Source: Eledone cirrhosa (taxonomy: Eukaryota). From it: a DNA stretch of 64,000 nucleotides. Each line of letters starts with the position of its first letter. Positions within the stretch are counted from its first letter, which is position 1. The stretch covers positions 339,512,001-339,576,000 of the forward strand of contig OZ024743.1 in NCBI GenBank assembly GCA_964016885.1, in the 5' to 3' direction. The translations under genes and the position numbers were made by a program. The notes under the pieces were generated by a model. That model searched no databases. It was given only the letters and a program-made list of their open reading frames with translations, and was not told the origin of the DNA. Positions 1 through 14,613 of the stretch are shown piece by piece.

Positions 1-3000
1 AAATCTAAGATAAATATAAGCTAAATCTCACCTAAATCTCCGCTAAATCTTAGCTAATTCTCACCTGAATCTAAGCTAAATATAAGCTAAATCTCACATA
101 AATCTAAGCTAAATCTAAGCTAAATCTCACCTAAATCTAAGATAAATATAAGCTAAATCTCACCTAAATCTCCGCTAAATCTTAGCTAATTCTCACCTGA
201 ATATAAGCTAAATATAAGCTAAATCTCACCTAAATCTAAGCTAAATCTAAACTAAATCTCAACTAAGTCTAAGCTAAATCTAAGATAAATCTCACTTAAA
301 TCGAAGTTAAATCTCACCTATATCTAAGCTAAATATAATCTAAATATAACTAAATCTCACCTAAATCTTAGCTAAATCTAAGCTAAATCTCACCTAAATC
401 TAAGCTAAATATAAGCTAATTCTCACCTAAATCTATGCTAAATCTAAGCTAAATCTCACGTAAATATAAGCTCAATATAATCTAAATCTCACCTAAGTCT
501 ACACTAAATCTAAGCTAAATCTCACCTAAATCAAAGCTAAATATAAGCTAAATATAAGCTAAATCTCACGTAAATCTAAGCTAAATATAAACTAAATCTC
601 ACCAAAATCTAGGCTAAATCTAGGCTAAATCTAAGCTAAATCTCGCCTAAATCTCAGCTAAATCTAAGTTAAATCTCACTTATTCTTATAAGCTAAATCT
701 AAACTAAATCTCACTTAAATATAAGCAAAATCTAAGCTTAATCTAAGCTAAATCTCACCTAAATCTTAGCTAAATATCAGCTAAATCTCAGCTAAATCTA
801 GACTAAATCTAAGCTAAATCTCACCTAAATCTAAGCTAAATCTCAACCTATATCTAAACTAATCTAAGCTAAATTACACCTAAATCTAAGCTAAATATAA
901 GCTAAATCTCACCTAAGTCTAAGCTAAATATGAGCTAAATCTAAGCTAAATATAAGCTAAATCTCACCTAAATCTAAGCTAAATATGAGCTAAATCTCAC
1001 CTAAATCTAAGCTAAATCTCACCTAAGTCTAAGCTAAATGTAAGCTAAATCTAAGCTAAATATATGCTAAATCTCACCTAAATCTAAGCTAAATATAAGA
1101 TAAATCTCATTTAAATCTAAGCTAAATCTAAGATAAATCTGAGCTAAATCTCACCTAAATCTAAGATAAATATAAGCTAAATCTCACCTAAATCTCCGCT
1201 AAATCTTAGCTAATTCTCACCTGAATATAAGCTAAATCTCACATAAATCTAAGCTAATCTGAGCTAAATTTAAACTAAATTTAAGCTAAATCTCACCTAA
1301 ATCTAAGCTAAATCTCACGTAAATATAAGCTAAATATAAGCTAAATCTCACCTAAATCTTTGCTAAATCTAAGCTAAATCTCACCTAAATCTAAGATAAA
1401 TCTCAAGCTAAATCTAAGCTAAATCTAAGCTAAATCTCACCTAAATCAAAGGTAAATATACGTAAATCTCACCTAAATCTCAGCTAAATCTAAGTTAAAT
1501 CTAAACTAAATATAAACTAAATATAACCTAAATCTAAGCTGAATATAAGCTAAATCTCATCGAAATCTAAGCTAGAACTAAGCTAAATCTCCCCTAAATC
1601 TAAGCTAAATCTAAGCTAAATATAAGCTAAATCTCACCTAAATCTAAGATAAATATAAGTTAAAACTCACCTAAATCTCCGCTAAATCTTAGCTAATTCT
1701 CACCTGAATCTAAGCTAAATATAAGCTAAATCTCAAATAAATCTAAGCTAAATATAAGCTAAATCTCACCTAAATGTAAGATAAACATACGCTAAATCTA
1801 AGCTAAATCTAAACTAAATCTCGCCTAAATCTAAGCTAAATCTAAGCTTAATCTCACCTAAATTGAAGCAAAATATAAGCTAATTCTCACCTAAATCAAG
1901 CTAAATCTAAGCTAAATCTCACGTAAACATAAGCTAAATATAAGCTAAATCTCACCTAAATCTAAGCTAAATCTAAGCTAAATCTCACCTAAATCTAAGC
2001 TAAATCTCAACCTAAATCTAAGCTAAATCTAAGCTAAATCTCACCTAAATCTAAGGTAAATATACGTAAATCTCACCTAAATCTAAGCTAAATCTAAGTT
2101 AAATCTAAGCTAAATATAAACTAAATATCACCTAAATCTAAACTAAATATAAGCTAAATCTCACCTAAATCTAAACTGAATATAAGCTAAATCTCATCGA
2201 AATCTAAGCTAGATCTAGGCTAAATCTCCCCTAAATCTAAGCTAAATCTAAGCTAAATATAAGCTAAATCTCATCGAAATCTAAGCCAAATCTAAAATAA
2301 ATCTCACCTAAATCAAAGCTAAATATAAGCTAAATCTCACCTGAATCTAAGCTAAATCTAAGATAAATCGCACCTAAATCTAAGCTAAATCTAAGCTAAA
2401 TCTCACCTATATCTAAGCTAAACATTAGCTAAATCTCACCTGAATTTAAGTTAATCTCACCTAAATCTAAGCTAAATCTAAAACTAAATCTAAGATAAAT
2501 CTAAGCAAAATGACACCTAAATCTAAGCTAAATATACGCTAAATCTCACCTAAATGTAAGCTAAATCTAAGCTAGATATATGCTAAATCTCAACTAAATC
2601 TAAGCTAAATATAAGATAAATCTCATTTAAATCTAAGCTAAATCTAAGATAAATCTCACCTAATTCTAAGCTAAATATAAGCTAAATATAAGCCAAATCT
2701 CACCTAAATCTAAGCTAAACCTAAGCTAAATCTTACCTAAACCTAAGATAAATATAAGCTAAATCTCACCTAAATCTCCGCTAAATCTTAGCTAATTCTC
2801 ACCTGAATATAAGCTAAATATAAGCTAAATCTCACATAAATCTAAGCTAACTCTAAGCTAAATCTCAGCTAAATCTAAGCTAATATATGCAAAATCTCAC
2901 CTAAATCTAAGCTAAATCTAAGATACATGACACCTAAATCTCACCTAAATCTAAGCTAAATCTCAAACTAAATCTAAGCTAAATCTAAGCTAAATCGAAG

Positions 3001-6000
3001 CTAAATATAAGCTATATCTCACCTAAATGTAAGCTAAATCTACGATAAATCTCACCTAAATCTAAGCTAATTCTAAGCTAAATCTCACCTAAATCTAAGC
3101 TAAATCTAAACTAAATCTCAACTAAATCAAAGCTAAATCTAAGATAAATCTCACTTAAATCGAAGTTAAATCTCACCTAAATCTCAGCTAAATCTAAGCT
3201 AAATATAACTAAATCTCACCTAAATCTCCGCTAAATCTTAGCTAATTCTCACCTGAATCTAAGCTAAATATAAGCTAAATCTCATATAAATCTAAGCTAA
3301 ATGTAAGATAAATCTCATGTAAATCTAAGATAAATATAAGCTAAATCTCACCTAAATCTCACCTAAATCTAAGCTAAATATAACTAAATCTCACCTAAAT
3401 CTCCGCTAAATCTTAGCTAATTCTCACCTGAATATAAGCTTAATATAAGCTAAATCTCACATAAATCTAAGCTAAACCTAAGCTAGATCTCACCTAAATC
3501 TAAGCTAAATCTAAGCTAAATCTCAGCTAAATCTAAGCTAATATATGCAGAATCTCACCTAAATCTAAGCTAAATCAAAACTAAATCTAAGCTAAATCTA
3601 AGCTAAATCGAAGCTAAATATAAGCTATATCTCACCTAAATGTAAGCAAAATCTACGATAAATCTCACCTAAATCTAAGCTAAATCTAAGCTCAATCTCA
3701 CCTAAATCTAAGCTAAATATAAGCTAAATCTCACCTAAATCTAAGCTAAATCTAAACTAAATCTCATCTAAATCTAAGCTAAATCTAAGATAAATCTCAC
3801 TTAATCGAAGTTAAATCTCACCTAAATCTCAGCTAAATCTAAGCTAAATATAACTAAATCTCACCTAAATCTTAACTAAATCTAAGCTAAATCTCACCTA
3901 AATCTAAGCTAAATATAAGCTAAATCTCACCTAAATCTAAGCTAAATATAGGCTAAATTTCATCGAAATCTAAGCTAAATCTAAGCTAAATCCCCCTAAA
4001 TCTAAGCTAATTATAAGCTAAATATACGCTAAATCTCATTTAAATCTAAGCTAATATCAGCTAAATCTCACCTAAATCTCAGCTTAATCTAAGATAAGTC
4101 TCACCTAAATCTAAGCTAAATCTAAGCTAAATCTCACCTAAATCTAAGCTAAATCTCAGCTAAATCTCACCTAAATCTAAGCTAAATCTCAACCTAAATC
4201 TCATCGAAATCTAAGCTACATCTCACCTAAATCTCATCGAAATCTAAGCTAAATCTCACCTAAATCTAATGTAAATATAAACTAAATCTCACCTAAATCT
4301 AAGCTAAATACAAGCTAAATCTCACCTAAATATAAGCTAAATATAAACTAAATCTCATCGAAATATAAGCTAAATCTAAGCTAAATCCCCCTAAATCTAA
4401 GCTACATATAAGCTAAATATAAGCTAAATCTCACCTAAATCTCAGCTGAATCTAAGATAAATCTCACCTAAATCTAAGCTAAATATAAGCTAAATCTCAC
4501 CTAAATGTAAGATAAACATTCGCTAAATCTAAGCTAAATCTAAACTGAATCTCGCCTAAATCTAAGCTAATTCTAAGTTAAATCTCACTTAAATCGAAGC
4601 TAAATCTAAGCTAAATCTAAACTAAATTTAAGCTAAATCTCACCTAAATCTAAGCTAAATCTCACGTAAATATAAGCTAAATATTAGCTAAATCTCACCT
4701 AAATCTAAGCTAAATCTAAGATAAATCTCACCTAAATCTAAGATAAATCTCAAGCTAAATCTAAGCTAAATCTAAGCTAAATCTCACCTAAATCAAAGGT
4801 AAATATACGTAAATCTCACCTATATCTCAGCTAAATCGAAGTTAAATCTAAGCTAAATATAAACTAAATATAACCTAAATCTAAGCTGCATATAAGCTAA
4901 ATCTCATCGAAATCTAAGCTAGATCTAAGCTAAATCTCCCCTAAATCTAAGCTAAATCTAAGCTAAATATAAGCTAAATCTCACCTAAATCTAAGATAAA
5001 TATAAACTAAAACTCACCTAAATCTCCGCTAAATCTTAGCTAATTCTCACCTGAATCTAAGCTAAATATAAGCTAAATCTCACATGAATCTAAGCTAAAT
5101 ATAAGCTAAATCTCACCTAAATGTAAGATAAACATCCGCTAAATCTAAGCTAAATCTAAACTAAATCTCGCCTAAATCTAAGCTAAATCTAAGCTTAATC
5201 TCACCTAAATTTAAGCAAAATATAAGCTAAATCTCACCTAAATCAAAGCTAAATCTAAGCTAAATCTCACGTAAACATAAGCTAAATATAAGCTAAATCT
5301 CACCTAAATCTAAGCTAAATCTAAGCTAAATCTCACCTAAATCTAAGCTAAGTCTCAACCTAAATCTAAGCTAAATCTAAGCTAAATCTCACCTAAATCT
5401 AAGGTAAATATACGTAAATCTCACCTAAATCTAAGCTAAATCTCACATAAATCTAAGCTAAATATAAGCTAAATCTCACCTAAATGTAAGATAAACATAC
5501 GCTAAATCTAAGCTAAATCTAAACTAAATCTCGCCTAAATCTAAGCTAAATCTAAGCTTAATCTCATCTAAATTTAAGCAAAATATAAGCTAAATCTCAC
5601 CTAAATCAAAGCTAAATCTAAGCTAAATCTCACGTAAACATAAGCTAAATATAAGCTAAATCTCACCTAAATCTAAGCTAAATCTAAGCTAAATCTCACC
5701 TAAATCTAAGCTAAGTCTCAACCTAAATCTAAGCTAAATCTAAGCTAAATCTCACCTAAATCTAAGGTAAATATACGTAAATCTCACCTAAATCTAAGCT
5801 AAATCTAAGTTAAATCTAAGCTAAATATAAACTAAATATCACCTAAATCTAAACTAAATATAAGCTAAATCTCACCTAAATCTAAGCTGAATATAAGCTA
5901 AATCTCATCGAAATCTAAGCTAGATCTAAGCTAAATCTAAGCTAAATCTCACCTAAATCTAAGCTAAATAAAAGATAAATCTCATTAAAATCTAAGCTAA

Positions 6001-9000
6001 ATCTAAGATAAATCTAACCTAAATCTAAGCTAAATATAAGCTAAATATAAGCCAAATCTCACCTAAATCTAAGCTAAATCTAAGCTAAATATAAGCTAAA
6101 TCTCACCTAAATCTAAGATAAATATAAGCTAAATCTCACCTAAATCTCCGCTAAATCTTAGCTAATTCTCACCTGAATCTAAGCTAAATATAAGCTAAAT
6201 CTCACATAAATCTAAGCTAAATCTAAGCTAAATCTCACCTAAATCTAAGATAAATATAAGCTAAATCTCACCTAAATCTCCGCTAAATCTTAGCTAATTC
6301 TCACCTGACTATAAGCTAAATATAAGCTAAATCTCACATAAATCTAAGCTAAATCTAAGCTAAATCTCACCTAAATCTAAGCTAAATCTAAGCTAAATCT
6401 CAGCTAAATCTAAGCTAATATATGCAAAATCTCACCTAAATCTAAGCTAAATCTAAGATACATGACACCTAAATCTCACCTAAATCTTAGCTAAATCTCA
6501 AACTAAATCTAATCTAAATCTAAGCTAAATCAAAGCTAAATATAAGCTATATCTCACCTAAATGTAAGCTAAATCTACGATAAATCTCACCTAAATCTAA
6601 GCTAAATCTAAGCTAAATCTCACCTAAATCTAAGCTAAATATAAGCTAAATCTCACCTAAATCTAAGCTAAATCTAAATTAAATCTCAACTAAATCTAAG
6701 CTAAATCTAAGATAAATCTCACTTAAATCGAAGTTAAATCTCACCTATATCTAAGCTAAATATAATCTAAATATAACTAAATCTCACCTAAATCTTAGCT
6801 AAATCTAAGCTAAATCTCACCTAAATCTAAGCTAAATATAAGCTAATTCTCACCTAAATCTATGCTAAATCTAAGCTAAATCTCACTTAAATATAAGCTA
6901 AATATAAGCTAAATCTCACCTAAATCTAAGCTAAATCTCACGTAAACATAAGCTAAATATAAGCTAAATCTCACCTAAATCTAAGCTAAATCTAAGCTAA
7001 ATCTCACCTAAATCTAAGCTAAATCTCAACCTAAATCTAAGCTAAATCTAAGCTAAATCTCACCTAAATCTAAGGTAAATATACGTAAATCTCACCTAAA
7101 TCTAAGCTAAATCTAAGTTAAATCTACGCTAAATATAAACTAAATATCACCTAAATCTAAAATAATATAAGCTAAATCTCACCTAAATCTAAGCTGAATA
7201 TAAGCTAAATCTCATCGAAATCTAAGCTAGATCTAAGCTAAATCTCCCCTAAATCTAAGCTAAATCTAAGCTAAATATAAGCTAAATCTCACCTAAATCT
7301 AAGATAAATATAAGCTAAATCTGACGTAAATCTCCGCTAAATCTTAGCTAATTCTCACTTGAATCTAAGCTAAATATAAGCTAAATCTCACATAAATCTA
7401 AGCTAAATCTAAGCTAAATCTCACCTAAATCTAAGATAAATATAAGCTAAATCTCACCTAAATCTCCGCTAAATCTTAGCTAATTCTCACCTGAATATAA
7501 GCTAAATATAAGCTAAATCTCACATAAATCTAAGCTAAATCTAAGCTAAATCTCACCTAAATCTAAGCTAAATCTAAGCTAAATCTCAGCTAAATCTAAG
7601 CTAATATATGCAAAATCTCACCTAAATCTAAGTTAAATCTAAGATACATGACACCTAAATCTCACCTAAATCTAAGCTAAATCTCAAACTAAATCTAATC
7701 TAAATCTAAGCTAAATCGAAGCTAAATATAAGCTATATCTCACCTAAATGTAAGCTAAATCTACGATAAATCTCACCTAAATCTAAGCTAAATCTAAGCT
7801 AAATCTCACCTAAATCTAAGCTAAATATAAGCTAAATCTCACCTAAATCTAAGCTAAATCTAAACTAAATCTCAACTAAGTCTAAGCTAAATCTAAGATA
7901 AATCTCACTTAAATCGAAGTTAAATCTCACCTATATCTAAGCTAAATATAATCTAAATATAACTAAATCTCACCTAAATCTTAGCTAAATCTAAGCTAAA
8001 TCTCACCTAAATCTAAGCTAAATATAAGCTAATTCTCACCTAAATCTATGCTAAATCTAAGCTAAATCTCACTTAAATATAAGCTAAATATAAGCTAAAT
8101 CTCACCTAAATCTAAGCTAAATCTGAGCTAAATCTCACCTAAACCTAAGCTAAATCTCAACCTAAATCTAAGCTAAATCTAAGCTAAATCTCACCTAAAT
8201 CTAAGGTAAATATACGCTAAATCTCACCTAAATCTAAGCTAAATCTTAGTTAAATCTAAGCTAAATATAAACTAAATCTCACCTAAATCTAAGCTAAATA
8301 TAAGCTAAATCTCATCGAAATCTAAGCTAAATCTAAGCTAAATCCCCCCTAAATCTAAGCTAAATATAAGCTAAATATAAGCTAAATCTCACCTAAATCT
8401 AAGCTAAATATCAGCTAAATCTCACCTAAATCTCAGCTTAATCTAAGATAAATCTCACCTAAATCTAAGCTAAATCTAAGCTAAATCTCACCTAAATCTA
8501 AGCTAAATATAAGCTAAATCTCACCTAAATCTAAGCTAAATCTAAGCTAAATCTCACTTAAATATAAGCTAAATATAAGCTAAATCTCACCTAAATCTAA
8601 GCTAAATCTAAGCTAAATCTAAGCTAAATCTCACCTAAATAGTAGCTAAATCTCAATCTAAGCTAAATCTAAGCTAAATCTAAGCTAAATCTCACCTAAA
8701 TCTAAGGTAAATATACGCTAAATCTCACCTAAATCTAAGCTAAATCTAAATTAAATCTAAGCTAAATATAAACTAAATCTCATCTAAATCTAAGCTAAAT
8801 ATAAGCTAAATCTCACCTAAATATAAGCTAAATATAAGCTAAATCTCATCGAAATCTAAGCTAAATCTAAGCTAAATCCCCCCTAAATCTAAGCTAAATA
8901 TAAGCTAAATATAAGCTAAATATAAGCTAAATCTCACCTAAATCTAAGCTAAATATCAGCTAAATCTCACCTAAATCTCAGCTCAATCTAAAATAAATCT

Positions 9001-9379
9001 CACCTAAATCTAAGCTAAATATAAGCTAAATCTTTCCTAAATGTAAGATAAACATACGCTAAATCCCACCTGAATTTAAGCTAAATCTCACCTAAATCTA
9101 AGATAAATCTCAAACTAAATCTAAGCTAAATCTAAGCTAAATGACACCTAAATCTAAGCTAAATATAAGCTAAATCTCACCTAAATGTAAGCTTAATCTA
9201 AGCTAAATATAAGCTAAATCTCACCTAATTCTAAGCTAAATATAAGCTAAATCTCATTTAAATCTAAGCTAAATCTAAGATAAATCTCACTTAAATCTAA
9301 GCTAAATATAAGCTAAATATAAGCTAAATCACACCTAAATCTAAGCTAAATCTAAGCTAAATCTTAACTAAATCTAAGG
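1..9379. repeat. 11-bp satellite array (AAATCTAAGCT / AAATCTCACCT / AAATATAAGCT variants) with higher-order repeats
   Basis: Uninterrupted 11-nt periodicity. Diagnostic variants recur 1186 bp apart (catgacacc at 6461 and 7647; tcgaagttaaatctcacctata at 6728 and 7914) and 363 bp apart (atgtaagataaacat at 5121 and 5484). Runs off the left edge. Confidence 0.97.
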
Positions 9380-9552
9380 TATATTATATATATATATTTT
9401 ATATATATATTATATATATATATAATATATATATTACATATATATAATATATATATATTATATATATATATATATATAATATATATATATTATTTATATA
9501 TATATAATATATATATATTATATATATATATAATATATATATATTTTATATA

Positions 9553-11186
9553 AGTAAGATGTATGGTAGGTCGTATGTGAATCGCGATGATCACGTCTGA
9601 CCTACCAAATATATGACGGTAGCTAGTTAAGCTCTATGCGTATACGCAGAGCAGAAATATTAGTGAAAAAGAACAAAGGAACTATTATGACATTATAACA
9701 AGTTTATTGCCGACAGCCGTTTCGTCCGACCACATGGTGGGACTTATCAAGGCATATAACATGTGATTGTAAGATCATTATTTACATCAACGTATCTCTC
9801 AAGGCTAGCAGTTTGAAATTGTGGTATACATCAGCAACTCCGCTTGTATAGTTGGGGTCTATATTCTAAGGGGTCTCTTTTATATTAGTTGTCGGGGTCA
9901 GGGATTGAGGTTTCACAATTAGATAATATATAATTTACGCATTAACAGTAAACTAAAAGACTTGGGGTCCCGTAGAAGCACCTTAGAAAATCCCTCAATA
10001 AGTGCATAAAGCTTACAGGCTCCAATAAACCTACTAGACTAGAAGAAATTAAGAGGCTAATAAAATAAAAAATAAAAATATAAAGTTTCCCTAAAAAATA
10101 TATAAAGTTTCCTATGAAATTCCTTCTAGAGAAAAAAAATTTCTTTCAGAAAGAAAAAAACCTTCTTCCCCCGACATCACAGTTACAAAATTCAGAAAAC
10201 TTACGAAGTTTTGATATTTCCTACTAAGTTGAAAGAAACTAATCAATTAAAGGTTAATTCAGAGAGCCTTCTATAATTCTCTCAGAAAAGGCCCCTTTAA
10301 TATTTTTAATAGGAACTTCTTCCGAGAGACACTTCGAAGAATTAAAATTTTAGAGAGCCTTTAAGGATATATATAAAAACGAATTGAGGAAAATTATACA
10401 TTAAAAGTTAAAAATTACGGTATTTGGGATATCCGAGGAATTTTCAAAGGGCTGCTTCAACAGATACAACTTAGGCATAATAGATACAATAATTTAAGTA
10501 ATTTAAGTAATTTAATTAGGGAGCAGTTCAAGGAGTTTATCAAGTTGGGCAAGATTAAAGAAAGTGGTAAATAAGAAAATACATAAGCAAAAAGACAATA
10601 ATTATAAAATGTATTTTTAAGAAAGTATAAGGTAGCTTCAGTAATCTAACAATGTATTATCACAAAAAATTATTATAAAATTATTGATACAGGATTAACT
10701 TATTATAAAATTATTGATACAGGATTAACATAATAATATATATTCCTGCCTAGTTAAGGTATGAGGTAGCTTCAGTAGTCTAACAATGTATTATCACAAA
10801 AAATGATTATAAAATTATTGATACAGGACTAAAAATTATTACAAAATTATTATAAAATTACCACAAAATTATTACAAAATTATCAAATTATCATAAAATT
10901 ACAATAAAATTATTACAAAATTATCAAATTATCATAAAATTATCATAAAATTATTACAAAATTATCACAAAATTATTACAAAATTATAGCAAAATTATTG
11001 ATACAGGATTAACAAAGACATAACAATATATATTCCTGCCTAATTAACAAGTAATCAAAACACTATTAAGAGTCAGGCAAAATTAGCTCAGGGATATCCC
11101 GCGCTCGGATACTTTACACACACACACAGCAACACATAGGATTAGCACAGACACAATGGTATATTCCTGCCTAATTAACAAACATA
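9553..11186 (-). mobile_element. Non-coding PLE 3'UTR/pLTR-like segment with HHR and internal minisatellites
   Basis: HHR near the minus-strand 3' end. Stem II and downstream tail resemble those of the 12117-17337 element. Terminal hairpin tggtaggtc/gacctacca at ~9564-9607. aaaattattac-type minisatellite at ~10830-11000. (TA)n on both sides and no ORF. Confidence 0.6.
9708..9754 (-). ncRNA. Minimal type I hammerhead ribozyme, U3-A8 core variant
   Basis: Minus strand: tgcc-TTGATAA-gtcc[caccatgtggtc]ggac-GAAA-cggctg-TC-ggca. Stems I and II pair, stem III is self-complementary with G-U pairs, cleavage triplet GUC. Confidence 0.8.
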
Positions 11187-11210
11187 TATTTTATATATAT
11201 ATATAATATA

Positions 11211-11252
<42 letters not shown>

Positions 11253-11288
11253 TATATAAAATATATATATATATAATATATATAATAA

Positions 11289-11478
11289 GGGCGGTGGATT
11301 GGCAGTATCGGTAGAGGGTCGGACGCCATGCTTTCCAGCATAGTTACGTCCCTTTACGATCTGAGTTCAAATCCCGCCGAGGTTGACTTTGCCTTTCATC
11401 CTTACGGGGTCGATAAAATAAAGTACCAGTAATGCACTGGGTAATTGCTGGCCTTGTGCCTAAAGTAGAAACAATTAT
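11289..11478 (+). mobile_element. tRNA-derived SINE, full length
   Basis: A-box-like TGGCAGTATCGG, B-box GAGTTCAAATCC, tail ...gtagaaacaattat. Closely similar to the minus-strand copy at 44087-44277. Confidence 0.88.
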
Positions 11479-12257
11479 ATATATATATATAATATATATA
11501 TATTATATATATATATGTTATATATTTATTATATATATATAATATATATATTATATATATATATAATATATATATTATATATATATATATATATAATATA
11601 TATATATTATTTATATATATAAAATATATATATATTATATATATATATATAATATATATATATTTTATATATATATAATATATATATTATATATATATAT
11701 ATATATATAATATATATATATATTATATATATATATATATATAATATATATATAACATATATATATTATATATATATAATATATATATATTATATATATA
11801 TATAAAATATATATATATTATATATATAAATAATATATATATATATAATATATATATATATATAATATATATATTATATATATATATATAATATATATAT
11901 ATTATATATATATATAATATATATATATTATATATATATGTAATATATATATATTATATATATATATAATATATATATATATTATATATATATATAATAT
12001 ATATATATTATATATATATATAATATATATATATTATATATATATAATATATATATATTATATATATATAATATATATATTATATATATATATATAATAT
12101 ATATATATTATATATAGTATGCTAGGGAAAGGATCAGGGGTGTATAACACTCCACTTATCCAGCAGGCAGTATGAGGTTAGCTCAATGTCTGAGGACAGA
12201 GCCGTAATATAATAAATAAATAACAAAGAACGCTTATAGCATATGCATATCTTTACT

Positions 12258-12303
12258 TGCTAACATTGTTTCATCCACACTATAAGTGGGACTCATCAGA
12301 GCA
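12258..12303 (-). ncRNA. Minimal type I hammerhead ribozyme
   Basis: Minus strand: tgct-CTGATGA-gtcc[cacttatagtgt]ggat-GAAA-caatg-TT-agca. Confidence 0.85.
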
Positions 12304-12996
12304 TAAAGGTTAAATTACATACCATACAAGCAATAACAAATCCAAGACATTGAAGAATGAAAGGTAATAATAGACGATAGAGGATAAGAATAAAAAGTAA
12401 ATAAAAATAAAAATAAATATAAAAGTGAAAATAAAAATAAAAATAAAAATAAGGGGTGCTATCTGTCACAGTTGGGCGGTGTGCTGTCAACATATAGTTA
12501 CATACAAGCATACACATGGATAAGAGAACAGACAAGAGTAGACACATGGATAAGAGAACAGACAAGAGTAGATAAGATAATGGGATTAGGTAAGAGTAGG
12601 TAAAAAATAGGTAAAAAATAGGTAAAAAACAGACTTATAATATATATAAAAAGAAATACAAAGAAATACATAACAAACTTACATATAAAATATAAAATAT
12701 AGGGTAAGGAATGAGATAAAATAATATACAATTAAAAATTAAAAATTATATACATAGAACATAATATAGTATAATCGTAAAATAAGATAAAATAAGGTAA
12801 ACTAAAATCAAATAACATAGACTAAATTAAAATTAAAATCAAATGTGTAATTATAATTATATGTATAATTAAATGTAATTAAATGTAATTAAATAAATAA
12901 ATAAAGAAATAAATAAATAAAAATTAAAAATTAAATAAATAAATAAAATTTAAATTTAAATTTTAAAATTTTAAAATTAAAATCTAAATTTAAATA

Positions 12997-13035
<39 letters not shown>

Positions 13036-14613
13036 ATGGAGTCAAGTAAGTAAATAAATAAAATTAGATAACATGAAATGAAATAAAATAAAATGAAATA
13101 AAGTAAATTGAGATAAGATATATATTTTTTTAGAATATATCTCTTGAATATATCAGGGGCCCACGAAGGCACTAAATGTCACAGTTATGTGTATCACTTG
13201 ACCAATTTTTCAAAATACATTTCTTGAAAACATCAGGGGCCCACGAAGGCACTAAGTGTCACAGTCACCAGTATCACTTGACCATTGCAAGGCAATGGAG
13301 GCGTCCCAGGTTGGGCAGTCTCGAAAGTTCACTCGAAAGTCATGGGTGTGCATTCACACAGTTGAGCGGTGGGGTAATCACAAACCGGTTCACACACCAA
13401 TTTTTTAAAAATATATATTTCTTGAGAACATCAGGGGCCCACGAAGGCGCTAAGTGTCACAGTCACCAGTATCACTCGAGCGGTGGGGTAATCACAAACC
13501 GGTTCAACACGGGCAGGAGTCAAATGGTCAGAAAGGTGCATCAAAGGAGTTAGAAGAATTCACATGCAAGCGTTAGGTTAAAGCAAGCAGGTACAGTTGT
13601 AGCGCATGCAAAATACAAAATATAAAAGCCATTAAGTCACCGCATTGGGACATCACAAGATTGTACACATCAATATGTTCAGTACGTATATGCACGTATA
13701 CACACCACATGCACATGCAGAGACGGTATACATATATATATATATTTTTTTTTATATATATACACACAGACACATATAACCACCTACACCCATACACATA
13801 TAAATGTATACACGGGCACACACGCACACACACACAGCGTAGGATACCCGGGTCAAAGTCGATATTAAATACGATATTAAATATTAAACACCGAAATACC
13901 ACATTAGATCAGACCCACCACCACAGGTAATATATTCAAACAAATACATACGATGAGATGTATTAAAATACAGTTGAAATCCTACGGAGATATTCATGTC
14001 TGCACGTGCCATTGACCGATTCGAGTGTACACAGACCGTTAGTAACTACGGAGGGCCATCGGGGCCAAAACGTTACTTTCGGGATCATAAAAACGACCGT
14101 CAATATAAGGAAGGCCGATCGTGCTAGAAAGACTACAACCCCGGGTAAGAGTTCCCAGAGGTCAGCCTGTAGATCTTGAACCACAGAATATGAGGGCAAC
14201 ACATATATGCGCCATGTATCCACTGCTTACGGCAGGATGGCTCGGGTCCGCCACAGTTACAGGCTAAATTTCTACTAGTGCAGCCTAAATCACAGTATAC
14301 GCTTTACATAAATACATTACATCACAACTCATGCGCATACAGAGGTACAAATCAACAAGATATACGTCAGGATAGGTCCACCAATGCACTAATGGTGGGT
14401 AGGCCAGCGTGGATGGGTTACATCCACTGTACCAAACAGGGGTGCTTATTAACATACACTCCCCTGCACACCCCAATATCAAGATCAATATCCTCCCACA
14501 GGCATACGTATACATTCACAGACTCGTATACATAGACGACCAACATTAGGAGACAGTTACACACAGTCAGAGACAGTTACACAAGACAGCCCAACTGGAG
14601 GAATAAGGACGTG

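Noticed and set aside
1-9379. CRISPR-like or coding repeat
   Set aside because: No unique spacers; continuous 11-bp tandem units with stops; eukaryotic context.
11289-11380. tRNA gene
   Set aside because: A and B boxes are present but there is no cloverleaf, and it continues into a repeated SINE body.
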